Below, piece after piece: positions 11,577-22,700 of a stretch of 33,731 bases of DNA; position 1 is the first letter of the stretch; the number at the start of each line of letters is the position of its first letter. The translations under genes were made by a program, and so were the position numbers. A model generated the notes under the pieces. That model was not told where the DNA came from, did no database searches, and saw only the letters and a program-made list of their open reading frames with translations. The DNA comes from Nemertoderma westbladi (Eukaryota; Animalia; Xenacoelomorpha), in NCBI GenBank assembly GCA_032718475.1, contig JAUCBJ010000426.1, positions 1 to 33,731 on the forward strand, written 5' to 3'.

Positions 11577-12749
11577 ATGATAATCATGGAAATTAACATC
11601 ACGTTGGAGTCAGCTAACAACTCTAAGTACAAGTTCCCACACATTACTGATGAAGAATATGAAGCAGTAACTGACCCTTATCTCATATTTTTGAGTGCTG
11701 TTCAGGATTTTATGGCAAAAGTCATTATACCATACACCGTAACCCATTCAATTGTTGGAGTTATTGGATATATTCTTACAATATTTATTGTGGCAAATGA
11801 AAATCAATTTAAATCCCTGTTTTACAAGATATTATGCTTGGATGGTGTGATGGAAACAGCCGCACTTTTGAGTGAATTATTTAGAATTATGGCAAATTCA
11901 ACATATTTTTGTGACCCAATATCGAAGAGAGACAGGGATACAGGGGCAGTGACACATTTTGGATGTTCCAATTTATTTGAAGCAGTCCTCAGATCATATT
12001 ATTTATTGTTTGTTCGAATTGGGCAAGATCTTGCATGCTGGACAGCTATAATGATATCTATTGATCGAATGATAGCAGTTTATCTGCCCATACATTATAA
12101 AACACTGACTCGCCATCAGAATAAATTATTTATAATTATTATAATGGTGATTTTATCGTTTCAAACACTTTTTATATTTGCTTATGTTGGTGACCATGAA
12201 ATTATCAAAGATACATCGCCATGGGCAACCCCTGGAACATGGAATACCACTACAGTTGAATTTAAAGGTATTCGATCCAGCTACAGAAAATTTATAATCA
12301 CATATTACCTCCCCATCAAGCAATTTGTTCATCTAGTTCTAATTGTTTTTCTGAGCATTTGTGTTATTATTAAAGTGAAAATATTTTCACGACAACATCA
12401 ACAAAATATTGAGAGGTTGAAGAAAGATAAAAATTTATTGAATATGATGCTAATAATTATGATCATGACTGGTCTTAAATTGTTTATATTGGATTTAATA
12501 TTTATTATTAATGCAGCTTATATTAATCCTGCATTGGCTAAATATGCGAATCATGCTGAAGCAGTTATTGATGACATAATTAATCTTGTTTGGTGGTTAC
12601 GTTTTTCAACAATATACACAGCTGTCAATGATATGGTCACAATTGTTTACTCTTTAAATTTTTACCTGATGACTTTGTTCATAGAAAGTTGGAGAAACGC
12701 TGTTTATAAACATTTAATTAAGCCAATTGTAAATTGTTTTAACAAATAA
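11577..12749 (+). CDS. Class A (rhodopsin-like) orphan GPCR, single coding exon, peptide-receptor/chemoreceptor-like
   Basis: 390 aa with about seven hydrophobic segments. TM3-end ISIDRMIAVYLP (DRY variant), TM7/helix 8 SLNFYLMTLFIESWR, N-terminal sequons NIT and NNS. Confidence 0.88.
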   Translation: MIIMEINITLESANNSKYKFPHITDEEYEAVTDPYLIFLSAVQDFMAKVIIPYTVTHSIVGVIGYILTIFIVANENQFKSLFYKILCLDGVMETAALLSELFRIMANSTYFCDPISKRDRDTGAVTHFGCSNLFEAVLRSYYLLFVRIGQDLACWTAIMISIDRMIAVYLPIHYKTLTRHQNKLFIIIIMVILSFQTLFIFAYVGDHEIIKDTSPWATPGTWNTTTVEFKGIRSSYRKFIITYYLPIKQFVHLVLIVFLSICVIIKVKIFSRQHQQNIERLKKDKNLLNMMLIIMIMTGLKLFILDLIFIINAAYINPALAKYANHAEAVIDDIINLVWWLRFSTIYTAVNDMVTIVYSLNFYLMTLFIESWRNAVYKHLIKPIVNCFNK

Positions 12750-12831
12750 TATCAAATTGAATTAACTCAAATAATAAATAATTTCATTGAATAATTTCAA
12801 TAAGTGAGTGTATATTATAAATGTTGTAAGC

Positions 12832-12941
12832 ATGAAACATATTTGAAATGAAATAAAATATATATGAAATATATTTGAAATGAAATAAAATATATATGAA
12901 ATATATTTGAAATGAAATAAAATATATATGAAATATATTTG
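12832..12941. repeat. 32-bp AT-rich tandem repeat, ~3.4 copies
   Basis: ATGAAATATATTTGAAATGAAATAAAATATAT at a 32-bp period. Confidence 0.9.
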
Positions 12942-13732
12942 CAATATTATAAATGTGCTGATCATCCATAGATGATTAAATAATATGTTAAAACGTTCAA
13001 TATGATATATATATAATAATAATAGTATATAATAATATTACATAATTTTGAAAAACTGCAACACTAATTATGATAAACTTTAAGTAACAAGCGAAAGGAA
13101 ATGCATGCTAAACAAAACGAACAATGCAAAACTTTCTATATATTATTAATTAAAGCTAAACAGCTTGCATGCTCTGGCAGAGGAGTTCCAGTGTATAGTA
13201 GGCAACATCGTATACGTTCATGGGGCCTTCGCGCAGCACGAGGCTCACTTATGAAATAGTACTTAAAATTGAGCGATTCTATCAAAAAGAAGAGGGGGAA
13301 CTTTCTCCCCTTCAACCCCCCCTTTTTTTAAATCATCATTTTTTAAATCTGCACTCAACAAAAAGGCGCATAGGCCTATACTGTACATACAATCGCATTA
13401 ATAAACATCTGATTGCCAAAACCCAGTACCACCTTGCAGGGATGATGGATGAATGAAACTCAAGTCTATGCAGATAAAATCATTAAAAATTGTCAAATCG
13501 AATATTAACGACTACAGACAATTTGTACTGTACATTGTTGAATTAGGGCTACCAGAAATACTGTTGGCGCAAATATCACTAAGAAAGTTGAATCCCATTG
13601 TGTATATTAGGCCAATATTTTGGACGTCTTATTAAATAATTAATTTGAATGAACATTATGTTGTACAATTTGGTATAAATATTTGTAGAATTCTATTAGT
13701 CAGGAACTATGATTGAGTTATAAAAGGGCATT

Positions 13733-14734
13733 TCAAGCAACTTTAGTATTCAAAGTAGGAATATTATTTAAACTTGATCGCGGTACCATCCGCTTCAAAG
13801 AAAATAGCCATTCCTTCCAAAGACGTCTTGATTTTTTTGCTGTACAAAAACCAATAAAACAATAAACTCCTTGAAGGCTGTTTAAAATGGAAAATATGAA
13901 ATTTCCAATATTGTATGGAATTAGACTTTGGATAAACAATCCAAATATCCAAGTTGCCCCAACTATTCCTGTTAACTTAATATATATAAATACTTTACTC
14001 TTTCGACTAATTTTGGAAACATGTCCTGCTTTTGCCGTATCCTTTTGAATTTTGAATACTATCGTTATTAGGCAACCAGTGTTGATCAATACAGAAACAG
14101 CCAACGGTATAATAACCAAATATATGGTGTACCTGCCGTTAATCCAACAATAACCACCGTTTCTGTAATATATGTCATTCCAATTCGTACATTTACAAAA
14201 ATCGACAAACATAAAACCAAACACAGCAGGTATTGGTGTCATCCAGCAATATATAGAACGGATAAGAAGTTGGTCTTTCCCACCAAAATCAGGTTTTGAA
14301 CTTGTAAATACAATAGCTGTGTGGACAGCAAACACAGACATGCTGGCAAACACACATAACCAGAAATAGTGCTGAAGTATAGCTGCTAGTCTACACAACA
14401 ATTCGTTACATATAATTGTATTTTGAAAAACAAGAAAGGAGGTGTGTGCAAATAATAATGCAAATATCATATTGAGAGCCACATTCATTGAATATGTACG
14501 AAGGACCGGGAATTTAAATAAGGTAAATATAGTTAACACAAAGCAGATTAGAGATATAGATTGTAAAACTTTATTGAGATAACTTTCAACGCGTTGAAGG
14601 GCCATTAGAATTGGGTCACTTCGTCTCTTTCGGTCTTCGATTCTCATTTCTTCTCCACATATCGTAAGAATTGTCGTCGTATTAAATAAATCTCTGCAAA
14701 AAAACGATATTATTTTATTATCTGGTATAAACAA
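13733..14734 (-). CDS. Class B (adhesion/Methuselah-like) GPCR 7TM region; N-terminus missing or disrupted
   Basis: Motifs CRLAAILQHYFWL, YCWING, IIPLAVSVLIN, KLTGIVGATWIFG and FSILNSLQG are typical of 7tm_2 receptors. The frame is closed upstream by an in-frame TGA near 14750, so the true start lies elsewhere. Confidence 0.85.
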   Translation of the reverse strand: MFIPDNKIISFFCRDLFNTTTILTICGEEMRIEDRKRRSDPILMALQRVESYLNKVLQSISLICFVLTIFTLFKFPVLRTYSMNVALNMIFALLFAHTSFLVFQNTIICNELLCRLAAILQHYFWLCVFASMSVFAVHTAIVFTSSKPDFGGKDQLLIRSIYCWMTPIPAVFGFMFVDFCKCTNWNDIYYRNGGYCWINGRYTIYLVIIPLAVSVLINTGCLITIVFKIQKDTAKAGHVSKISRKSKVFIYIKLTGIVGATWIFGLFIQSLIPYNIGNFIFSILNSLQGVYCFIGFCTAKKSRRLWKEWLFSLKRMVPRSSLNNIPTLNTKVA

Positions 14735-15180
14735 AGGACTGGTTTGAACAAGTCAACCTGGGACAAATTGCTCCAGAATTCGAATTAATATTTTCTAGGA
14801 CCAACATTTTTTTTTTATTTCCAAAATCGGCCGAAATCGGATAGTTTGAACTTGGTTATAATGACCATTTCACCAGGGAAACAGATAGTCTTATTTAAAA
14901 CAAAGCTTTCCTATAAGCCTACGGAGTTCTAACCTAGACCGACCCCGGCCCACCAAAATCATTACCACAGAATCGGATTGGGTAATATTTGAAATCCGGT
15001 TACCGTAGCAACTGTGATAAAATCATAATCAAACTTAGTTGCATTAGTAATTTTTTGGAAACCCATCCGTATTACTTGTTCCTATGTTTTAAAAATAGGA
15101 AACATTGGAAATAGGCCTACATATAGGCCTGTATATTGCCCAAAAGCATAATTATTGTTTTTGTAATTATTATTACATGT

Positions 15181-16475
15181 ATTATTATTATATTTATTTA
15201 ATCCGGTTCATAAATAGAATCAAACCATAATACATACCCACGTAAATTAAGTAGCACAATGTAGATGTAAATGTAATATAAATGTATTTAATTATTTAAT
15301 CTCCTACCCCAAATCGATTCAGCCATATTCTGGAACTATGCAATGTGCACATATTAACCATTAATACAATATTGTTATTAGTCTTGTTTACCCTATTGTA
15401 TAAACTTTGTATGGAACAATATCGAATATGAATGAAGCAAGGTAAATTATTGGTACCAAAAAATAAAGACATACTAGCACGGAAAGGTAACTTGAAAAAT
15501 ATACGTGCAGCCGAATTATAAGCAACCTTCAGTCGAGTATACACAAACTCAGAATAATTCAAAGACGACCATAAAGCATTACAATATAGTGGAGTGATAT
15601 ATGACCTAAAAAGTGTAAGTTTCACGGAGTTCGTACAGTTACTAAATTTCCTACATAATGTATTTGCGCGTGCATATAAGCCTCTAGTTACATTCTTGAT
15701 ATCGTAATCATCATCTCTACTTTCATGAATGACGTGCCCTAAGTAAATATACTTATCGGTTCTAGAAATTACTCTATCGTGTAAGTACATAGGTGCCATA
15801 TTAACTAGGTTGCTCGAACGGTGATTGAAAAACATAACCTTTGATTTCTTTAGGTTAAACAAAATACTGTGGCTGATACTGTAATCAAAACACGTATTTA
15901 TTAGTAATTGTAAACCTACGGCAGAGTTAGATAATAAACAGATGTCGTCAGCATACATTAAATGGTTAATTCTGTACCCGTCAAACATGCATCCAACATT
16001 AGTGCACAGAAGTTTATCCGATAAGTTATCCATATACACATTAAATAAATACGGACTTAGAATACCACCTTGTTTTACACCATTTGTTACATGAAACCTA
16101 TCAGTTAATGTAGACCCCCATTTGACCTGTAGAGTTTGAAACCTATACCAGTAAATTAGAGTCCTAATAATAAATAGCGGTATATTTCTATCCAATAACT
16201 TATGAAAAAGCGTATCATGCACAATTCGATCAAAAGCTTTACTAGCATCAAGAAAGCATACGTAAACGGATGAGTCATTGTGTAAGTAGTAATCAATGAT
16301 CTCTTTTAAACTATAAACACATAATTCGGTACCACTTTTGGACTTAAACGAAAACTGAAAATCACTTGTAATTAGATATGTTTCTATACGAGCAAATAAT
16401 ATATATTCGAATATCTTACTGAAAATATCTGATAACGCAATTGGTCTATAGTTACATTTATCATCAATCGCGCCA
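15181..16475 (-). mobile_element. 5'-truncated non-LTR retrotransposon, RTEX-like, with an uninterrupted RT frame
   Basis: NYRPIAL, QFSFK, FLDASKAFD, GVKQGGILSPYLF, YADDICL, YLGHVI, LYARANTLCRKF. 3' UTR ends in AATAAA plus (TAA)n near 15181-15200. Clade assignment is from motif resemblance only. Confidence 0.88.
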
Positions 16476-16899
16476 TTATGTAATCGCGCCATTGAAGTGG
16501 AATAGCAGTTGGCCCGTAATGTAGGTATTAAGAAAATAATATACATGTTTATCATGTTTCTTCACTTTAAATGAAGTTAATTTAAAAATAAACCAATTCA
16601 GAATCAATTACCTTACATCAAGTGCAGACAATAATTTTCCATTCTATATTATCTCTTAATGTTATTTTACATTCTATATTGTCTCTTAATGTTGCCTTGG
16701 CAACAGAATACTCTAATTCGGAAGTGACTTGGTAAAATATTTAACAAATCTGGTGAACATGTGAAAATGTACATATTACATATCATTATTTTGATGATTA
16801 GATTATACACTACAGAAAATTATATAATTGTATTCGAATGACCTTAATATACTTAGCAACGAAAGTATTCCTAACCGGTGGTTTTTAGTACCAACATCT

Positions 16900-17590
16900 G
16901 GTTATGCAAAGATATGATCTGCGAGGTCTATAAAACAGGCAGGAATTCTCCTTATGCAATGTTGAATTTTGTATAGCAACTTGGAGTGTACCTTAGCAAC
17001 GGATAATTTTATAAGGTAATAACGAGTTTTCAACATCGTCTGTGATCAATATTTATATACCAACAACGTCGAGTTTAATATGTGGCAACCCACAAAGAGA
17101 GACAGCCATGTGGCATGTGGCAACCCACAAAGAGAGACAGCCATGTGGCAACCCACAAAGAGAGACAGCCATGTGGCAACCCACCCACAAAGAGAGACAG
17201 CCATGTGGCAACCCACAAAGAGAGATAGCCATAGACATCATCTTTGTAGATTTAATATGTGGTAACCCACAAAGAGAGACAGCCATAGACATCATCTTTG
17301 TAGATTTAATATGTGGCAACCCACAAAGAGAGACAGCCATAGACATCATCTTTGTAGATTTAATATGTGGTAACCCACAAAGAGAGACAGCCATAGACAT
17401 CATCTTTGTAGATTTAATATGTGGCAACCCACAAAGAGAGACAGCCATAGACATCATCTTTGTAGATTTCTTCTATGCCTTGGAATCTCCGGTCCTTTCA
17501 TTTTAAGACCCTTGAGGCCTATGGGATCTCTGATGAGATAATTCCTGCAAATCACTGTTTATCATGCAGTGAAATTTATCACTGTATGAT
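16900..17590 (+). mobile_element. Old degraded RTE RT relic
   Basis: Peptides DMICEVYKTGR, VATHKERQ, IIFVDFFYALES and FKTLEAYGISDEIIPA are collinear with PIIVDMYRTTR, LSKKKDRH, VIFVDFFKAFDS and FSILSLYGIPDEIIAA of the 4548-5657 RT. Confidence 0.75.
17073..17469. repeat. Composite minisatellite: ~28-bp units, then 54-bp units
   Basis: ATGTGGCAACCCACAAAGAGAGACAGCC x~4, then the same unit plus ATAGACATCATCTTTGTAGATTTAAT x~5. Confidence 0.95.
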
Positions 17591-17889
17591 AAATTTATCT
17601 GCATGATAAACTGTATGTTGATAAATATCTTGGGGTGTACAGTACGTACACTCTACTTCCACAACCGAACTGGATATTATGGAATTCAATATCCTGCTGC
17701 CATAGTCATCTCCTATGGCCCAACACGTTGGCACCTATCAGAGGAAGTACTGTAAATACACATACTAATGTGATGTTCACGGTCCTCTTAATAAATGGAT
17801 CACGAAAAAATAAAAAAAGGAATCGGCGTAGGAGATAAAGGCATTTCGCGGAATACAATTTTTACATGAAAAAAAGGCCAACATTTAAC

Positions 17890-18639
17890 TCAATAGTTAG
17901 AACACCTCATTATTACTAACTTATCATTGGCCTCCCATATGAATTCCGTGATAATGGAGAAGGGTGGTGGAGGTGGAGGTGGAGGTGGAGGTGGAGTGAT
18001 AGGTTGGGGACCACTTGGGGCGGTAATTCCAACTGGGTCAGTCGTGATCACTATTGCACTAGTCTGATATGTTGGATCAGCAGGAGTTGTACATCCAACA
18101 TTAAGGATAGTGGAATTAATTGACTGTCTGGTGGTTGATTCTGGTTGGGTTGTTGATCTGGTTGAATTTGCAGGTGATGTTGATTGATCTAAATTACACC
18201 CAGATGATGTGACCAACTCAATCGGACTTGTTGGCCAAGGTGGTGGCGGACTAGGTGGCGGCCAGGTTGGTGGCCACGGTGGAGGTGTTGGGTGCATAAG
18301 TGTTATTGGCCCAGATGGAAGTGTTGGTGGCGGAGGTGGAGGTGTTGGTGACCAAGTTAGTGGAGGTGTAGGTGGCCATGTTGGTGAAAGTGTTTGTGGC
18401 CAAGGTGAATCTGTTGATGGTTGAGATGTTAGAGGTGGTGTCTTTTGTGGAGGAGTAGGTCTTGGACCTGGTGTCTGTTGTGGAGGTGGAGGTGGTGTTG
18501 GCAGCGGATTTGTTGTTAGTGGAATTGTTAGTAGCGGATGAGTTGGTTGTTGTGTGGATGATGTATTTGCTTCATAATGATAAAAGCCAAATATTATAAG
18601 TAATATTAGATAAAACATTATTTGGTAAACTATATTCAA
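17890..18639 (-). CDS. Signal-peptide-bearing Pro/Thr/Ser-rich (mucin/extensin-like) ORF
   Basis: Probable start MFYLILLIIFGFYHYEA (hydrophobic leader), then ~200 aa of PT-rich sequence with WPP repeats and N-glycan sequons (NST). Confidence 0.6.
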   Translation of the reverse strand: MNIVYQIMFYLILLIIFGFYHYEANTSSTQQPTHPLLTIPLTTNPLPTPPPPPQQTPGPRPTPPQKTPPLTSQPSTDSPWPQTLSPTWPPTPPLTWSPTPPPPPPTLPSGPITLMHPTPPPWPPTWPPPSPPPPWPTSPIELVTSSGCNLDQSTSPANSTRSTTQPESTTRQSINSTILNVGCTTPADPTYQTSAIVITTDPVGITAPSGPQPITPPPPPPPPPPPFSIITEFIWEANDKLVIMRCSNY

Positions 18640-19027
18640 TATTCAAGGCAGTAAAACTCGGCTCTGTATTCAGAGTTGATTATTATGTATTGTAATTTCT
18701 TAATTATAAATGGCTGGGATAATATTATTGTTTGCTGTTAGAGCTGGTGTCGTCACTTGACTTTGCTAACCTACATGTACACATAATTAATTCCCAGGTT
18801 TAGAACATTGAACACTTTATAAACGCGATCAGTAGTGGTACAGGTAAGTTGTAGGCTATAAAAATAATTACTGTTTATATATTAATATGTGTGAAATATT
18901 TATTAATTAATTATAAAATACATTATATCACGATACGATGCGAATGATCTAGCAAATTTCATAAACATAAGCAAATAAGCCGACACAACATTCCTAATAT
19001 ATATGTAATATACAGTAATACAGTATA

Positions 19028-19065
19028 ATGCAGCTGCATTGCAGCATGCCGATAGTAGTAGTAGT
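19028..19065 (+). mobile_element. Isolated RTE 3' terminus with (TAG)n tail
   Basis: ATGCAGCTGCATTGCAGCATGCCGATAGTAGTAGTAGT matches 19766-19812. Confidence 0.8.
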
Positions 19066-19099
19066 GAGAGTTGTGTTACACGCTGTCCAGCAGTAAACT

Positions 19100-19812
19100 A
19101 TTTTAAAGCTCATCTATCCCATCATTGTAGACATGTACCGAACAACAAGAGTCCCACAAGAAATGAAAACAAATAAGTTGGTGCCAGTTCCCAAGAAGGG
19201 CAACCGAACACTCTATGGTTCTTTTCGGGGAATCTCATTGATCTCGATTGCTGCAAAGCTATACAATAGGATTCTATTAAATCGCATCAGGGATCCCATT
19301 GAGAGACTGCTCCGTGGAAATCAGAATGGGTTCCGTAAAGGTCGTGGGACCATGGAGCCCATTTTGGCACTTAGAAGGATAATTGAAGAGTTATCAAAAA
19401 AGAAAGACAGGCATCTGGCTGTTATCTTTGTTGACTTATCATTGTGTCAAGTACAATGCACACATCTCCAACCAGACACTATATAACATTGGAGGTGTCT
19501 CATTGGTTCCCCCAAGCTTGACACTAGAACAAAATCGCCTCCGCTTTGCAGGACATTGCTTTCGCCGTGAGGACCAGCCAGTGCATAATCTTGTACTTTG
19601 GCAGCCTCATGGAGTGAATAAGCATGGTGGACAGCCCATGACTTTCTTGAGACTCATCTTAAAGGACACAGGCCTTGAAGATGCGGATGATCTAGCAAAT
19701 GTCATGGGCGATAGGGAGTTGTGGTGGTGCACTTTTGTCGATAAGCCGGCACAGCATTCTTAAAAATGCAGCTGCAATGCAGCATGCCGATCCAAGTAGT
19801 AGTAGTAGTAGT
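19100..19812 (+). mobile_element. Internally deleted RTE copy with 11-bp TSD and (AGT)n tail
   Basis: Near-identical to the reverse complement of 5182-5517 and 4269-4398. ~780 bp of RT core is missing at ~19438. TSD AGCAGTAAACT at 19089-19099 and 19813-19823. Confidence 0.93.
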
Positions 19813-19941
19813 AGCAGTAAACTGTACAGCACCATCATTCCATCGTATATTAACTGCACATACACACCTACACCTAATAATATTATGTTTATAGTGTTGA
19901 TGAAACTTTTTATATACACCAATACCCTGTAATTATTTTGC

Positions 19942-20054
19942 AGCTTTTCAAAGTGGGCCTTCCAACCATATTGGGGCGATCAGCTTGAAATTAGGCCTTA
20001 TTATTGGTGGTTGGTTGACCCTTTCACCCAGTTGGCATGTTGATCAATTTCCAT
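19942..20054 (-). mobile_element. Diverged RTE fragment (pre-RT region)
   Basis: Begins AGCTTTTCAAAGTGGGCCTTCCAACCAT, identical to 5697-5724, then continues as a diverged match to ~5806. Confidence 0.8.
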
Positions 20055-20875
20055 AATAATAATAATAATTAAATTTATATAGCGCGTTTTCCTATAGTTT
20101 GTTCAAGGCGCATTAGAATAAGGCCTACAATAAAAAACGACAATGTACAGTATCTGTATGATATAAAATAATTTAGACACAGAAATATAATATTAACAAG
20201 AATGTACCCAAATTATATACAGTTGAATATATTGAACTAGTATCCAGTAAAATAATCTGAAATTTTACGACTTTTCCTAAAAATAATATATTGCCTTCAT
20301 AATATTGAAAACGGTTAAAGGCAAATATTTTAGGACAGAGTAAAAATTGAAAAAACTAATTTCGAGTAGGCTAAACATACATATTTAAGCTTAGCTCTCA
20401 TGGAATTATACATTGTATTCTAATTTAAATAGTGCATATTTAGTTTCGATTTAAGCGACTCAATTGATTTAGCTTCGCGAATTTGTTGCGGGAGGGCATT
20501 CCAGAGCATCGGTTCAGAAACTGAGAATGCTCGTCTTTCATAGTGATCCGTGGTATATCTCGGAACTACGAGTACTGTAACCATGTGTTACTAGATCTAA
20601 GTGTGCGCGATAGGGCGTAGGGTGTAAGTAAGGCACTGAAATAACGTTGGGGCTGAACCGTGGAGGCACTTAAAAGTTAACATGGCGATTTTGAAGTCAA
20701 TACATTCGCGAACAGGAAGTTCCTTTAGGGTGGTGGTTATACTGTATGTTCTCGTCAGCCAACCCCAGTGATAAGTATGAAGGGCGGCCGAGTTTTGTAC
20801 ATACTGTAGCATCCGTATAATGCAGTCTGGTAACCAAAAATATAGAGCATTATTCATATTGAGTTTACTTCTTAC
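20054..20875 (-). mobile_element. Degraded L2/CR1-group LINE 3' portion
   Basis: LQYVQNSAA, SITTTLKELPV..IDFKIAMLTFKCLHGSAP and RAFSVSEPMLWNALP. Terminus GCGCTATATAAAT plus (ATT)n. Confidence 0.85.
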
Positions 20876-22287
20876 TTATGCATGTATCAATATTACTCCC
20901 TAATCTTTTCGGGAACTCTCTTCCGTGCATGGGCTGAATGCCTACTGGCATCAGAAGTCTTCCTGTGAAGTAGTATAGCCCTAGCCAGACAGTCAGTTAT
21001 CTGCTGCCCCATCAGAGGCAAATGCCTCAAAATGGCTGCTCAGTCGAAGTGGGGCATCAATCATGCCATGGAAAGGCAGTTTTCTTAGTTCTGACGTAGA
21101 TTGCCGCCATCATAGTGGGATGAACACCATCATTCTGGGCTCCCAGATCCCAGCTCCTAGTGCTCCTTCTTTGCTCTACAGCGAACCTCAAGAATCGATG
21201 CAGTGGACCAGTTGGTCTGGGAATACCTTGTGGTGGCAGTGTTGATTAACACAACATCAAAATATGCTAATCATTGGTTCACCAATCCCCTTTAACCAGG
21301 TTGGCCAATTAAATAAACTTAAAATTAACTATGAACTTAATAATTTAGTGATGAGTGAAGATTTTTAGAGCACATTGACTTCAAATTTTGTGAAAAATTC
21401 CCTAAGATTTAAAGAGCCGAAAATTGGGTAACTTTAATAAAATTAACATTTAAACAAGAGTCTCACTGACAACTTATTTTTTCAAGATTCAAAAAAATAA
21501 TCTGACTAAGGTATTGTTGGACTTTATAGACAATCTGAGGCCTCCTATGCCTGCATCCCTAGTTCAATTAACCGTGAAGTATTAGGGATGTATAATCAGA
21601 TTGAATGATTCCTGTATGATCTAATAAACTTATCGATTCAACCATGACAGATTTTAATAGACAGATAATAATTTGGTTTTATTAAATCATCATTCTCCAT
21701 GAGTAGGCCTATCATTCACTACCATCAGACTCTTTGGTCATGCTCGCACACACAGCAGCACAGTTGAGTATTCCTTTTATCTCATTATATTACAATGTGG
21801 ATTAAAAAAGTAGGGGAAAGTCATTAAATAATTTACATGCTACCAGCTTAGTACGAAGAAATCAAGTATTTAACTCCGATACACTTGTTGTCTTGCCTGA
21901 AAGCAAACACTAATTACAGTAGGCCCTACGCCTACAGCTGACACTGTAAGTTAGTTTTCGTGGTGTTGTCCCATTCTGGCACCCATCTCCATCTCCAAGT
22001 TGTCATGGCTCAGTAAAGTAAATTTATTTGCGGTATACGGTACATACGTTTTTTGGATGCTGATCGCGATTATACAGTAGGCCTAGAACTCAAATGTAAT
22101 ACTCGAGAAAATTTCTGGTAATTTGGAATCTGCACAATGAAAACAAGTAGGAAAGACCGTTAGTGCAAACATGATAATGAAAAGCGCCACCAAATCAACC
22201 TGATTTTAAGACCTTATGGCTTTTCTGGGGTGCTGATCACGAATATGACATTGAAATATATCGTAGTCTACCTACCTTATTGATTAT

Positions 22288-22426
22288 TTTCTACCGGCCA
22301 TTTCTAAGTTATAAGCCAATTACAGATATCAGTAACTTTTGCCCCCTTTGAGGCAGAACCCCACAAATGTTGCAAAACACAGTGCTGTAAATTAAAGAAT
22401 ATGAAATTCAGTCCACGTGGAAAAAT
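22288..22426 (+). repeat. Dispersed repeat, copy A (unclassified)
   Basis: Collinear with ~33148-33290 (AGTTATAAGCCAA, GAGGCAGAACCCCACAA, TATGAAATTCAGTCCAC). Confidence 0.8.
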
Positions 22427-22700
22427 CAGTAAATCATATATGAAAAACATGGCAAAATACAGTATTTATACAGATTAATGGTTTTACGCGGCAAATACAG
22501 TAACTATTAATACAGTTCAGAGCAATTAGGAACAACGCCAAAATTTTTAAGTTCTTATTGATATTGTATACATCAACAAACAAACAAACGTTGTATTAAT
22601 ACAGTACAGTAAACGGGGTATATAACAGTAAGCAGAGGCCGTATTACATACAGTAGGCCTACCTACTGTACAGTACATTAGTTGTACTGTAGCCTACCTA

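Noticed and set aside
9016-11596. 800-840 aa ORFs (SICTHH/LYLYPS/LSVPII repeats)
   Set aside because: Artefact of a stop-free satellite. The same peptides appear in every frame.
17090-17110. Shared AGAGACAGC between the 28/54-bp minisatellite and the 22-bp satellite
   Set aside because: Short purine-rich match. The former is explained by its RTE origin.
17042-17506. 18-aa repeat protein
   Set aside because: Translation of a minisatellite within a dead RT relic.
20930-21245. GC-richer stretch resembling decayed coding or TE sequence
   Set aside because: No motif could be recognised in any frame.
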